Virus record (IMG/VR): IMGVR_UViG_3300023179_000012
Direction: 5' to 3' (one strand)
DNA from: a virus
DNA: 64,000 nucleotides
Shown here: one piece after another, positions 37,282 to 45,691 of the stretch
Layout: each line of letters starts with the position of its first letter
How positions within the stretch are numbered: position 1 is the stretch's first letter
Notes under the pieces: generated by a model
Told to the model about the DNA's origin: nothing
Databases searched by the model: none
The model's input: only the letters and a program-made list of their open reading frames with translations
Made by a program: the position numbers and the translations under genes

Positions 37282-37704
37282 GTCGTTCAACTGTAATTTA
37301 TTTAAATGTTCGCTAACTATATGAGCAGAAATAATTTTGATCAAGCGATATTTTTGATTTTCATTTAATCCTTCTTTTTGACACAGATATTCTAAAGCAT
37401 TAATAATACCATCAATATTATCATTAAATTTACCAAGACCAGTATTACATCTATCACATAACCATCCTCTAAAACTATCATTAGTATGATTATGGTCTAG
37501 TACCCATTTTTTTGGTATTATATGACAACATTCACAATCATTAGGTTTTGGTGGGGCTTTTTTATGAAGTTTATTTCTTATTTTAGTATGTTTTTTGATA
37601 CAGGATCGGCATCTGCTATCTAGATTGTCTTTATGAGATATGTGTTTAGGAAAAGATTTCAGATTCTTTCTTTTCTTACAATATAAACATACTTTACGCG
37701 GCAT
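37267..37704 (-). CDS. endonuclease VII-family HNH nuclease
   Basis: LDHNH...RGWLCDRCNTGLGKFND. Confidence 0.88.
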   Translation of the reverse strand: MPRKVCLYCKKRKNLKSFPKHISHKDNLDSRCRSCIKKHTKIRNKLHKKAPPKPNDCECCHIIPKKWVLDHNHTNDSFRGWLCDRCNTGLGKFNDNIDGIINALEYLCQKEGLNENQKYRLIKIISAHIVSEHLNKLQLNDLTSR

Positions 37705-37706
37705 AA

Positions 37707-38408
37707 TTATTTTTGATCTTTTTGATCAATCTCATTATACATTTTTGATCTTTCCTGATTAGATTCTCCTTTATCTAAATCGGTATGATCATAATCCATA
37801 ATGTCTGTGTCAGGAGTTACCCATCTCATGTTTCTTTCTGCTGTCCATAGAGTTTCATTATATTTTCTGTGGATCACCAAATCTTTTTTAATTGTAAAAG
37901 AGGGATCGTGCATAACTAATCTATTGTTAGGCTGAATAGCAAAGTTACCATTATCCATTTTAATAAAATGTCCACATTTATGTTGCGATGGAAATTCACT
38001 AAGAGTAAAATCTGTGTCCCCACTATCTGTTGATCCTGCCCAATCAAGAGTAAACAAATAGCGACCAGTATATTCTACTCGTCGGCGTGAAATAAACTTA
38101 CAAGTATGATTTCTTAATACCGGATAAGAAGTAACTGAAACATGATAACTAAATGAATCCCACAAAACCAATTCATCTAATTCCTGTTGTGGACTATCTT
38201 CTTTCCAACAAAAAGCATGGATCGGCATCCTCCACCATAAACCACCATCCTCCATAATAAAATGGAAAAGTGGTGCTTGTGCTGGTATTGAAGTCATGCC
38301 AAAAATATAACATGGAAACTTTTTATCAAAAGAATCTTCTTGGTTTCTCAAAAAGTTGCCACGAACATATCCACCAATTACTGGTATAGGAGTATTTAAA
38401 TATGACAT
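37707..38408 (-). CDS. conserved phage hypothetical protein
   Basis: YLNTPIP, WWRMPIHAF, HKCGH, QPNNR. Confidence 0.7.
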   Translation of the reverse strand: MSYLNTPIPVIGGYVRGNFLRNQEDSFDKKFPCYIFGMTSIPAQAPLFHFIMEDGGLWWRMPIHAFCWKEDSPQQELDELVLWDSFSYHVSVTSYPVLRNHTCKFISRRRVEYTGRYLFTLDWAGSTDSGDTDFTLSEFPSQHKCGHFIKMDNGNFAIQPNNRLVMHDPSFTIKKDLVIHRKYNETLWTAERNMRWVTPDTDIMDYDHTDLDKGESNQERSKMYNEIDQKDQK

Positions 38409-38417
38409 AATAATTCC

Positions 38418-39662
38418 TTAAAAAAGCTCCTTAATTACTTTACCGCTGTTTGCTATCTTCATTGGTCGGCCATTTTTAGATGTGAAGGTTGTTTCAAGAG
38501 ATATTCCTAAACTACTTAAGACGCTAGCCATTAAATCTTGAGAACTATATGGTTCTGTGATAACTTCTTTACCATCCTCATTTGTTTTTCCAACAACCAC
38601 ACCGCCCTTAAATCCAGCCCCACCAACCACAACACTCCAACTTCTAGCCCAATGATCACGACCACCATTACCATTTATATTTGGTGTGCGACCAAACTCT
38701 CCCATCCATATAATAGCAGTATCTTGTAGAAGTCCACGGTCATCTAGATCTTCTACTAAAGCACTCATAGCCTTATCTAATTCTGGAAGTTTATTGTTTT
38801 CTAGTGTTTCAAAGATGTTGGCATGATTATCCCAACCGCCCAAATCTACTTCTATAAAAGGAACACCAGCCTCTACTAATCTTCGTGCCATTAAACAACC
38901 TCGACCAAAACCAGTATTACCATATCGTTCCCTAACTTCTGCTGGTTCTTTTGATACTTTAAATGCTTCCATCTGTTTACTAGTCATTAATTTAACTGTT
39001 TTACTTAGAACCTTTAGATGATCACTAGCAAAATCTCCTCGTTTTTGAGATATGAATTGATCTTCTATAGATTTCAACATTGTTAATCTTTGATTGAGTC
39101 TTTGCTGATCTATACCCATATTTAGATCACGAATATTTCCATTGCTATCAACAACAAATGGAGCATAACTCATTCCTAAAAATCCTGGCCCAACACTACC
39201 TCCACCAACACTAACAAACGGAGGAATCTCTAACGATGGAATCTGATCCATTAATTCATGAGATATAACGCTTCCATAACTAGGATAATCAATAGTAGGA
39301 GAAGGAACATATCCTGTGTGCATATAATATCGACCACGACCATGATCTGCTTCTCTGGTACTCATACTTCGTACAATACTTAACTTATCCATATTTTTAG
39401 CAAGCAAAGGAAGATGCTCACAGATTTGAATTCCATCAATATTAGTATTGATAGGTTTAAATGGCCCTCCTGTTACTGATCCAGGTTTTAAGTCCCACAA
39501 ATCAATAGTGCTTGGGCCACCACTCATCCATAAAAGAATAGCACTCTTATGTCGTTTTTTTAAGTCAGAAGAATTTGCTAGTAAAGTATTGGTAAAATTA
39601 GTTGCTGGAATTGCTAAAGATGAAGCCGCTGCTAAATGACTTAAAAAATGTCGTCTATTCAT
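38418..39662 (-). CDS. DUF1501-family protein with Tat signal
   Basis: MNRRHFL, LWMSGGPSTIDLWDLKP, GCLMARRLVEAGVPF, GWDNH, MGEFGRTP, GRDHW. Confidence 0.92.
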   Translation of the reverse strand: MNRRHFLSHLAAASSLAIPATNFTNTLLANSSDLKKRHKSAILLWMSGGPSTIDLWDLKPGSVTGGPFKPINTNIDGIQICEHLPLLAKNMDKLSIVRSMSTREADHGRGRYYMHTGYVPSPTIDYPSYGSVISHELMDQIPSLEIPPFVSVGGGSVGPGFLGMSYAPFVVDSNGNIRDLNMGIDQQRLNQRLTMLKSIEDQFISQKRGDFASDHLKVLSKTVKLMTSKQMEAFKVSKEPAEVRERYGNTGFGRGCLMARRLVEAGVPFIEVDLGGWDNHANIFETLENNKLPELDKAMSALVEDLDDRGLLQDTAIIWMGEFGRTPNINGNGGRDHWARSWSVVVGGAGFKGGVVVGKTNEDGKEVITEPYSSQDLMASVLSSLGISLETTFTSKNGRPMKIANSGKVIKELF

Positions 39663-39802
39663 TTCTTTTTCTTTTTTGATGGATTTTCTAGTTTATCTAA
39701 TTTTTTTTGTAATTTATTGAAATATTTATCTTCTGCCAATTTTTTTGGGTCATGGTCTTGTTGCTTCTTAAATTTCTTTAGTACTTTTTTCCAGAACTTC
39801 AT
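39659..39802 (-). CDS. small Lys-rich protein
   Basis: 47-aa ORF, not in track (MKFWKKVLKK...SKKKKK); TGA overlaps the DUF1501 ATG. Confidence 0.5.
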   Translation of the reverse strand: MKFWKKVLKKFKKQQDHDPKKLAEDKYFNKLQKKLDKLENPSKKKKK

Positions 39803-39804
39803 AA

Positions 39805-40158
39805 TGGATGCGGCGGGAATCGAACCCGCGTCCTAGCATACTTCAAATTATATCTTCTACAAGTTTATTATGTTCATAAGTTTTATGAAAGATTAAAGAA
39901 CAAACAACATTCATCTTTCCGTACCAACTAATCTCATGCTAGAACCCGTTGGCTATTCTAGCAGCCGAAGGATTTTACATCAATCTTTTGAACGCTACCT
40001 TCATCGCTTTCTAAGATTGTTGCTGTTATTTAATTAAGCAGCAAGGGCTAACTGAGTATTGCCAGTTAAAGCATTTAATCGACTTTTAAAGTGGCCGGTC
40101 GATTAACCACTACTTGCTAATATAATCTTCTTTATGTAGTCGAAACCTTTACGCACCC
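39805..40158 (-). ncRNA. ssrA: tmRNA
   Basis: Acceptor GGGTGCG/CGCATCC with G3-U70, T-arm, PK1 GTGG/CCAC plus TTAATCGAC/GTCGATTAA, tag frame GNTQLALAA* at 40034-40063. Confidence 0.97.
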
Positions 40159-40355
40159 TTATTATTATACACAAAATCCCTGTTTTGTAAAGTCTCTAGT
40201 TTGAGATAGAGATATTCAAAAAAGACTTTATACATAATCTTTTCTTTCCTCAATAGTTTAATCTCCTCATACTGAATAAGATTAAAACCAAAAGACATAG
40301 ATAAAAGACCAATTATTGTTACATAATATGGCATATGTTTGGATCTGTTAGACAT
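40149..40355 (-). CDS. small membrane protein overlapping the tmRNA 5' end
   Basis: TM helix; last codons overlap the late promoter and tmRNA. Confidence 0.55.
   Translation of the reverse strand: MSNRSKHMPYYVTIIGLLSMSFGFNLIQYEEIKLLRKEKIMYKVFFEYLYLKLETLQNRDFVYNNKGA
40163..40172 (-). promoter_or_regulatory. putative late promoter GTGTATAATA
   Basis: Motif ends 4 nt before the tmRNA 5' G. Confidence 0.55.
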
Positions 40356-40370
40356 TATTTTCTTTCTAAG

Positions 40371-40642
40371 TAGGGCGTGTAGGAGTCGAACCTACCTTTT
40401 GAATACCTTATCTTACCACTATAACTTTCGTTACCCAATGGTTTGTGGTCTGGACTTTATCTTTACCATAACTTTCGTTTTAGGTACTGCCTGTCAAGTC
40501 TCTACACCTTACTATTTTAATAGTCTTGGCTCGGTATTAGCATTTTAAAGCCTTCACCGAATTTAAGCAGTTCTACTCTACTGGTTTCCCAGTAGGCACT
40601 CATAATTTTAAGAGTATGTGCAACTACCGGCTGCAACGCCCC
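40371..40642 (-). tRNA. intron-containing tRNA, predicted anticodon UAU (Ile)
   Basis: Exons 40610-40642 and 40371-40411; spliced loop CTT^ATAA, stem ATACT/GGTAT, canonical T-arm, atypical D-arm and variable region. Confidence 0.8.
40412..40609 (-). ncRNA. group I intron (IC3, trnL-like), ~198 nt, no ORF
   Basis: P AAATTCGGTGAA, Q AATACCGAGCC, R GTAGAGACTTGA, S AAGATAAAGTCC; P1 CUU/GAG; terminal G; GAAA-capped helices. Confidence 0.92.
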
Positions 40643-40673
40643 ATATTGTGAAAGATCAACCACCAACACTCGT

Positions 40674-40702
40674 ATTATACCTTATCGACCAATCCCTGTC
40701 AA
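40674..40702 (-). promoter_or_regulatory. sigma70-like promoter with TCGATA box
   Basis: TTGACA-GGGATTGGTCGATAAGG-TATAAT, upstream of the tRNA. Confidence 0.75.
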
Positions 40703-41250
40703 CCCTTGAGAAATTTTTCGTAATAGTGGCGATAAATACTCATAATGATACCACTAGTTGTTCCAACATTTAAAGACCTAACACTTCCATAAGTAGGAAT
40801 AGTCAAAACACAAGCACAAGCCATAAGAATTTTCTCTGACAATCCAGAATTTTCTTCTCCAAAAATAAAAATTGGCTCATCAATATTAGAAAAATCAAAA
40901 CTAAAAGGATCAAATGTCATGTCTTTGTATTCTGGAATATTATTTTCAATAGCAATTAATGTTCGGCCACTTAATGAATGTGATCTAATAAAATCTTCTT
41001 CAGTTTTATGATAATACATAGGAGTATAGTGGTGAGTTCCTACGCTTCCTCTTTTATCCCATTTCTTTTTACCAACATAATGAACGCTACGAAATCCAAA
41101 AAAATTAGCATTACGAACCATAGTGCTAAGATTAAAATCTCCACCAATATTTACCATAGCAACACTAGCAGGAATACTTTTGTCCTGACAATAGTTCGCA
41201 ATATTCTCGACTGCTAAATCTTTAAGACTGTCTATTACGTTCATCTTCAA
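40699..41250 (-). CDS. SpoU/TrmH-family RNA 2'-O-methyltransferase
   Basis: NLSTMVRNA, IFGEENSGL, IPTYGSVRSLNV. Confidence 0.92.
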   Translation of the reverse strand: MKMNVIDSLKDLAVENIANYCQDKSIPASVAMVNIGGDFNLSTMVRNANFFGFRSVHYVGKKKWDKRGSVGTHHYTPMYYHKTEEDFIRSHSLSGRTLIAIENNIPEYKDMTFDPFSFDFSNIDEPIFIFGEENSGLSEKILMACACVLTIPTYGSVRSLNVGTTSGIIMSIYRHYYEKFLKG

Positions 41251-41467
41251 GTTCTTTTAATTCTTTTTCCAAAATTTCTCTTTGCTTATACATTTCTACA
41301 CAATTGTTGCAGAAATCGGAACTGATATATTCTCTAATATCAGCGATCTTATTTTTGATCTCCCATATTTTTACGTCTAGATCTGGTACGTTTGGCATTG
41401 GTTTTTTTCGCTTTCTTTTTGGCTGAAAAAACAAAGTCATTGGAACTATCATCCCAAACACAATCAA
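41222..41467 (-). CDS. hypothetical protein
   Basis: Real start probably MPNVPDL. Confidence 0.5.
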   Translation of the reverse strand: MIVFGMIVPMTLFFQPKRKRKKPMPNVPDLDVKIWEIKNKIADIREYISSDFCNNCVEMYKQREILEKELKELEDERNRQS

Positions 41468-41816
41468 TTAAATCTTGACCAGCAAGTTTAGCCAAACCAA
41501 CATTGTGAATCCAAATCGCAGTCTTTTCGTAAATATCTTCGTTAGCATCCTCATTAAGAATGGGTCTATTTTTATCATCAAAACCAACACACTCTGATTT
41601 GATCAAATTAATCATTTGTTGAAGAGTGATATACTCGTCAAGATTTTCTGTATTTTCATCGTCAGACAGACTATTTGCTGCTGCAACTCTCATTTCAGCA
41701 GCGTAGGCTTCCAAATTGGTAATGGTATAAAGTTCTTCGTCCATTTTTATTCTCCAATTATTTGATATATTTAGATACACCGCCGACAGATTCAGACTGA
41801 TCTTTAATTTGGTCAA
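41349..41816 (-). CDS. hypothetical protein (paralog of 26044..26472)
   Basis: Real start probably MDEELY; DDSSNDFVF. Confidence 0.65.
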   Translation of the reverse strand: MTKLKISLNLSAVYLNISNNWRIKMDEELYTITNLEAYAAEMRVAAANSLSDDENTENLDEYITLQQMINLIKSECVGFDDKNRPILNEDANEDIYEKTAIWIHNVGLAKLAGQDLIDCVWDDSSNDFVFSAKKKAKKTNAKRTRSRRKNMGDQK

Positions 41817-42027
41817 TCGTATCTTGTAGAGTGGTCTGCCCTCTTGGTAGCCATTTTAAATCATTATACAACGCTGTCAATACCTGTGGAAGCCAGTGTT
41901 GATAAGCAATTTCATATTTATCTGGAAAGTATTCTTTAAGAATAGTTTCTATTGTTGATAAAGATTTTTTTATATCTTCTCTCAGATCAGATATAATTTC
42001 AAGTTGATGTTGATCTTGCTGTTTCAC
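41758..42027 (-). CDS. hypothetical protein
   Basis: ORF tiling. Confidence 0.6.
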   Translation of the reverse strand: MKQQDQHQLEIISDLREDIKKSLSTIETILKEYFPDKYEIAYQHWLPQVLTALYNDLKWLPRGQTTLQDTIDQIKDQSESVGGVSKYIK

Positions 42028-42430
42028 GGGGAGCGTCTTTCCTTTTTAGTTTAAGGATTTTATGCTTTGTTTTGTAAATACCAGTATCAGGGTTCTGATA
42101 ATCATGTCCCATATAAATATGGGCAAATCCAGCGTTCTTATCAAGTCCCCATGCTTGAATACCTTTATCATCAACTTTTTCTACCAAAAACTTACCTCTA
42201 TAACCCATAGGAATAAGTTCGCCCTCATGAATAAAATATGGGCCTCCACCAACCTTGATCTTATCTCCTTTTTGTAGTTGACTCCAATGGAAATTAGATT
42301 CAACCTTCATAGTTCTCTTTTCAGTATTTGTAATCTTGAAAGAAAAGATATGATTGCAACTCTTGCAAACGTAGGCTCTAGGCCCACTAAGTTCATTACA
42401 GTTCGGACAAGTCTTTTTACCTTTTGGCAT
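41999..42430 (-). CDS. zinc-finger-containing hypothetical protein
   Basis: CPNC...CKSC at N-terminus. Confidence 0.7.
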   Translation of the reverse strand: MPKGKKTCPNCNELSGPRAYVCKSCNHIFSFKITNTEKRTMKVESNFHWSQLQKGDKIKVGGGPYFIHEGELIPMGYRGKFLVEKVDDKGIQAWGLDKNAGFAHIYMGHDYQNPDTGIYKTKHKILKLKRKDAPRETARSTST

Positions 42431-42459
42431 TTTTTGATTCTCCTGTGAAGTATAATCCT

Positions 42460-42487
42460 AGTATACCACAGTTATCGGTGTTGTCAA
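42460..42487 (-). promoter_or_regulatory. sigma70-like promoter with CCGATA box
   Basis: TTGACA-ACACCGATAACTGTGG-TATACT. Confidence 0.8.
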
Positions 42488-42497
42488 GCGGGTTTCT

Positions 42498-42755
42498 TTA
42501 GAAGTTCTGTCCGTTTTTATCAGAGTCGGGGATAATAGTTAATTTGCCCGGAACATAATGACAAAAATAACTACTATGAATTCTCTTCTTGGTTAACATA
42601 TCTTCTTCAATTTCTACATAAACATTAATACGATATCTATTATCCCAAACATTAATAATCTTAGTTATTAAATGATGTTTGGGTTTTTCAACTTGTTTAA
42701 ATAGCAGGCTCTCAATTTCTAGATCCACTAAAGTTCTCCTTAAAAATTGAATCAA
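42498..42755 (-). CDS. hypothetical protein
   Basis: ORF tiling. Confidence 0.6.
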   Translation of the reverse strand: MIQFLRRTLVDLEIESLLFKQVEKPKHHLITKIINVWDNRYRINVYVEIEEDMLTKKRIHSSYFCHYVPGKLTIIPDSDKNGQNF

Positions 42756-43005
42756 TATTAGTCATAAGAACAAAACGGTCTGTTCCACGGTTATCACTAA
42801 TATACATTGTGTCACACTCAAATTCATCTCCAGTATTTCCATCGTGAATAATTACTGGGCTTTGCCAATTAAAATTACCAATATTTTTGAGTTCGTTAGC
42901 CTGTTTATGCAAAAAATCGTATAGTTCCAGCCAAGTTAGTTTATTCATATCATCTACGTTTTTCTCTGTAAAGAATGATGTAACCCCAACCATGTTCGTT
43001 GGCAA
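42712..43005 (-). CDS. hypothetical protein
   Basis: ORF tiling. Confidence 0.55.
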   Translation of the reverse strand: MPTNMVGVTSFFTEKNVDDMNKLTWLELYDFLHKQANELKNIGNFNWQSPVIIHDGNTGDEFECDTMYISDNRGTDRFVLMTNIDSIFKENFSGSRN

Positions 43006-43107
43006 AAGTATTGATAGAAATAATTTCTATACCATCATTTACTTCTAGCCAATTATTAATTTCTGAACTATCTGTTTTAATCTTTATATCAAAAATTTTT
43101 ACCTTCA

Positions 43108-43326
43108 TCATCGTGATCTCCTATTTGCTCTGTTAAGTTTACGAATAGTCTCAGTGGCATTTGCTGGAACCATTACCAGACTAGGGGCAGTTTTATGTCC
43201 CCAATCCATAAAGCCCACAGCATGATTTTCTACACTACAATTTTTACAAACAATTTGTCTACCAGTTTCAACCAGAAATTCATAACGATCAAAATCTATA
43301 CTGTCATTACAATAAGTGCAGTTCAT
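43108..43326 (-). CDS. DksA/TraR-type C4 zinc-finger protein
   Basis: CTYC...IDFDRYE...CKNC. Confidence 0.6.
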   Translation of the reverse strand: MNCTYCNDSIDFDRYEFLVETGRQIVCKNCSVENHAVGFMDWGHKTAPSLVMVPANATETIRKLNRANRRSR

Positions 43327-43345
43327 ATCGACCTCCTGTGAGGGT

Positions 43346-43373
43346 ATTATATCACAGTTATCGACCTTGTCAA
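43346..43373 (-). promoter_or_regulatory. sigma70-like promoter with TCGATA box
   Basis: TTGACA-AGGTCGATAACTGTGA-TATAAT. Confidence 0.8.
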
Positions 43374-43844
43374 CTCCAAACTTGAGTCATACGACACAAC
43401 ATATCCATTATTATCGCAAAAATTACCATCATCCATACTATAATAGATGTTTTTTAATCCTACAGCACCCAATAATTTATTACAATTCTCACAGGGTTTA
43501 CTACCTAAAATAATTCCTTTTCTATTAATACGCAGGATACATATACTCCAATTAGGGTCAATGGTATTGTACATATCAAGCAATTTAGAAACAAGATGAG
43601 ATTCAGCATGATAAAAAGGATACTCCTTATATTTGGGAAGATTAAAATCTTCGCCTATTCTGTAAGCCCGTGCATGAGTTTTAATCGGGTTATTTTGGGT
43701 AAAACAAATCATTTTGTTGCCATCAAAGGCAGCAGCATAATGATAACAACGAATAAGAGGATTAGGGTTCCAATTTGCATAGGCTTTACGAATCGTTTTG
43801 TTTAGTATTTTCATCTTTTTTAACCAAAATTCTAGCACCCTCAA
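43347..43844 (-). CDS. cytidine/dCMP deaminase-family protein
   Basis: HAE and KPCENC zinc motifs. Confidence 0.8.
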   Translation of the reverse strand: MRVLEFWLKKMKILNKTIRKAYANWNPNPLIRCYHYAAAFDGNKMICFTQNNPIKTHARAYRIGEDFNLPKYKEYPFYHAESHLVSKLLDMYNTIDPNWSICILRINRKGIILGSKPCENCNKLLGAVGLKNIYYSMDDGNFCDNNGYVVSYDSSLELTRSITVI

Positions 43845-43952
43845 TAGTTGTAATCATATCATGCTCATCTTGTAAAGATTTTAATGGTAACTTATTTGGT
43901 TCTTTTTGAGAAGATACAAAGTCAGTTAGTCTAATTCTCTGTGGTTCTTTCA

Positions 43953-44366
43953 TCATGTTTTTCTCTCTTGGTTATGATATTCAAGACCTCGTTTCAGGAA
44001 ATGTTCTTCATGTTTGGTAAATCCAAAATATTTACGAGCAAATTCTAGAACAGTTTCTGGCTTAAAACAAGAACAAGAATAAACATCTAAACTAATAAAA
44101 TTAACTGCTTCAATAGCATGAATTTGTATTCCGCTTTCAATCAAACCAACCCATCCACTAACACCATATTTATCAGCATAAATCTCACGACCATGATCTG
44201 TCGGCCCATGAATAACGATTGGTGGAGTCATTCTTGTCATACCAATCTCATCTACAAGACGCTCTAAAAATCTATAGACTAATTCAAGATCGTCCGCTGT
44301 TCCTGGCTTAGTATTATACATATCCAGAAAATAACTGTAACCGAAAGGTTTTGTTTTTGTATTCAT
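43953..44366 (-). CDS. speD: S-adenosylmethionine decarboxylase proenzyme homolog
   Basis: GVSGWVGLIES, IH, LDVYSC. Confidence 0.8.
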   Translation of the reverse strand: MNTKTKPFGYSYFLDMYNTKPGTADDLELVYRFLERLVDEIGMTRMTPPIVIHGPTDHGREIYADKYGVSGWVGLIESGIQIHAIEAVNFISLDVYSCSCFKPETVLEFARKYFGFTKHEEHFLKRGLEYHNQERKT

Positions 44367-44375
44367 AATGATCCT

Positions 44376-44519
44376 TTAGTGTGCTAATAGATATAAACCT
44401 ATATTAGAAAATGCGTAACCACAGTAGGCATAAAACATACCATAATTACCATTTCTTAACTGTTCAAATGCTACATAAGTATAAATTAAACCAGTTAATA
44501 CGATCAGTGGTTTGCTCAT
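44376..44519 (-). CDS. small membrane protein
   Basis: 47-aa ORF, not in track (MSKPLIVLTGLIYTYVAFEQ...GYAFSNIGLYLLAH). Confidence 0.65.
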   Translation of the reverse strand: MSKPLIVLTGLIYTYVAFEQLRNGNYGMFYAYCGYAFSNIGLYLLAH

Positions 44520-45433
44520 GCTGCTACTCCTTTGCAGATTTCTTCAAATCTCTCTATAGCATAATCTTTGGCTTTGAGTTCCATGTCAACATCAAAATCT
44601 AATCCATAAGTATTAAAAGGAGTTTCTGCATAATCAGCATGGGCGCGTGGATTATTACCCGGTTTACTTTCACTGTAATGAAATAGTGGCTTATGTCCAT
44701 GCCAAGTATCATGGCAAGCCTTAATTGCAGTTTCTTCGTCTAGTTTATCTGGATGACACTTATGATGAAGATAATCAAATGTGATTGGAATATTGGTTCG
44801 TGCATGAAAGTGAGTGATAAGTTCTAGAACACTCCAACAATTAAGTTTATCATCATTTTCGATTACAAGTCTTGCTTTGCAATTATCGTCAAGTCTATCA
44901 AAATTACGCTTAAATCTTTCGATAATTTCGATATGAGTACCATTCTTATTATGAACGTGCATATTCATTGGTGAAGAATAATTTGCCGGGAGTCCAATAC
45001 GATCAAAGAAACTGCTATAAAAATTCAATTCGACAATAGTTTTATCTATAGCCTTATCGTTCATCGAAGCCAATACATTAAATTCGCTAGGATGACTAGA
45101 AACGCGGACGCCAGTGCGGGAAATAGTCTGTGAAATATTCGTAAACTGATTCTCAATATCCTCATAATTTGGTAAATCCTCCAATTTAACATTTGCTTCA
45201 TCATAAGTAATTAATGGAAAAATATCGCTACTAACACGATAAACATAATTATTTTCGGCACAAAATTCAATCGTCTTATCTGTAACCATAAGATTGTTTT
45301 GAATTCTAGAACCAAGAATTTCCAGTGCTTCTTCTCTAGGCAACGAACTAAAACGCTTATAGGTCATAGTCTGATGACTAAAACCTTGCTCTTTGAGTTT
45401 CAAACTAATGCAGCAAAGACCGTATCTGTTCAT
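44516..45433 (-). CDS. uvsE: UV damage endonuclease
   Basis: YRVSSDIFP, SSHPSEF, IENDD, FDYLHH, HYSES, RAHAD, ELKAKD. Confidence 0.95.
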   Translation of the reverse strand: MNRYGLCCISLKLKEQGFSHQTMTYKRFSSLPREEALEILGSRIQNNLMVTDKTIEFCAENNYVYRVSSDIFPLITYDEANVKLEDLPNYEDIENQFTNISQTISRTGVRVSSHPSEFNVLASMNDKAIDKTIVELNFYSSFFDRIGLPANYSSPMNMHVHNKNGTHIEIIERFKRNFDRLDDNCKARLVIENDDKLNCWSVLELITHFHARTNIPITFDYLHHKCHPDKLDEETAIKACHDTWHGHKPLFHYSESKPGNNPRAHADYAETPFNTYGLDFDVDMELKAKDYAIERFEEICKGVAA

Positions 45434-45451
45434 AGAATCTCCTTGGTTGCA

Positions 45452-45479
45452 AGTATATCACAGTATCGGTCAAAGTCAA
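45452..45479 (-). promoter_or_regulatory. sigma70-like promoter with CCGATA box
   Basis: TTGACT-TTGACCGATACTGTGA-TATACT. Confidence 0.75.
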
Positions 45480-45691
45480 GCCGCACCTTGAGGAATTTCT
45501 TCAACAGATAGAACTTTGACCAGAGCAAATTCTATAGAAGGGAAATGTAGTTTAAAACTATAGAGTGCTTCTTCGGATGAAGATCCATCATGTACTTCAT
45601 TAATCAATAAATTTTGTTTTGATAAATCACCGTTCTTAAATACCTGTGCTGTAATATTAAATAGTTTCATTGTTCCACCCAAGAGCCTCAC
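45476..45691 (-). CDS. hypothetical protein
   Basis: Real start probably MKLFNIT. Confidence 0.55.
   Translation of the reverse strand: MRLLGGTMKLFNITAQVFKNGDLSKQNLLINEVHDGSSSEEALYSFKLHFPSIEFALVKVLSVEEIPQGAA

Noticed and set aside
37267-37704. EndoVII-family gene as the RuvC substitute for RuvB
   Set aside because: Not linked to ruvB, and this family is often a mobile endonuclease; cannot be decided from sequence
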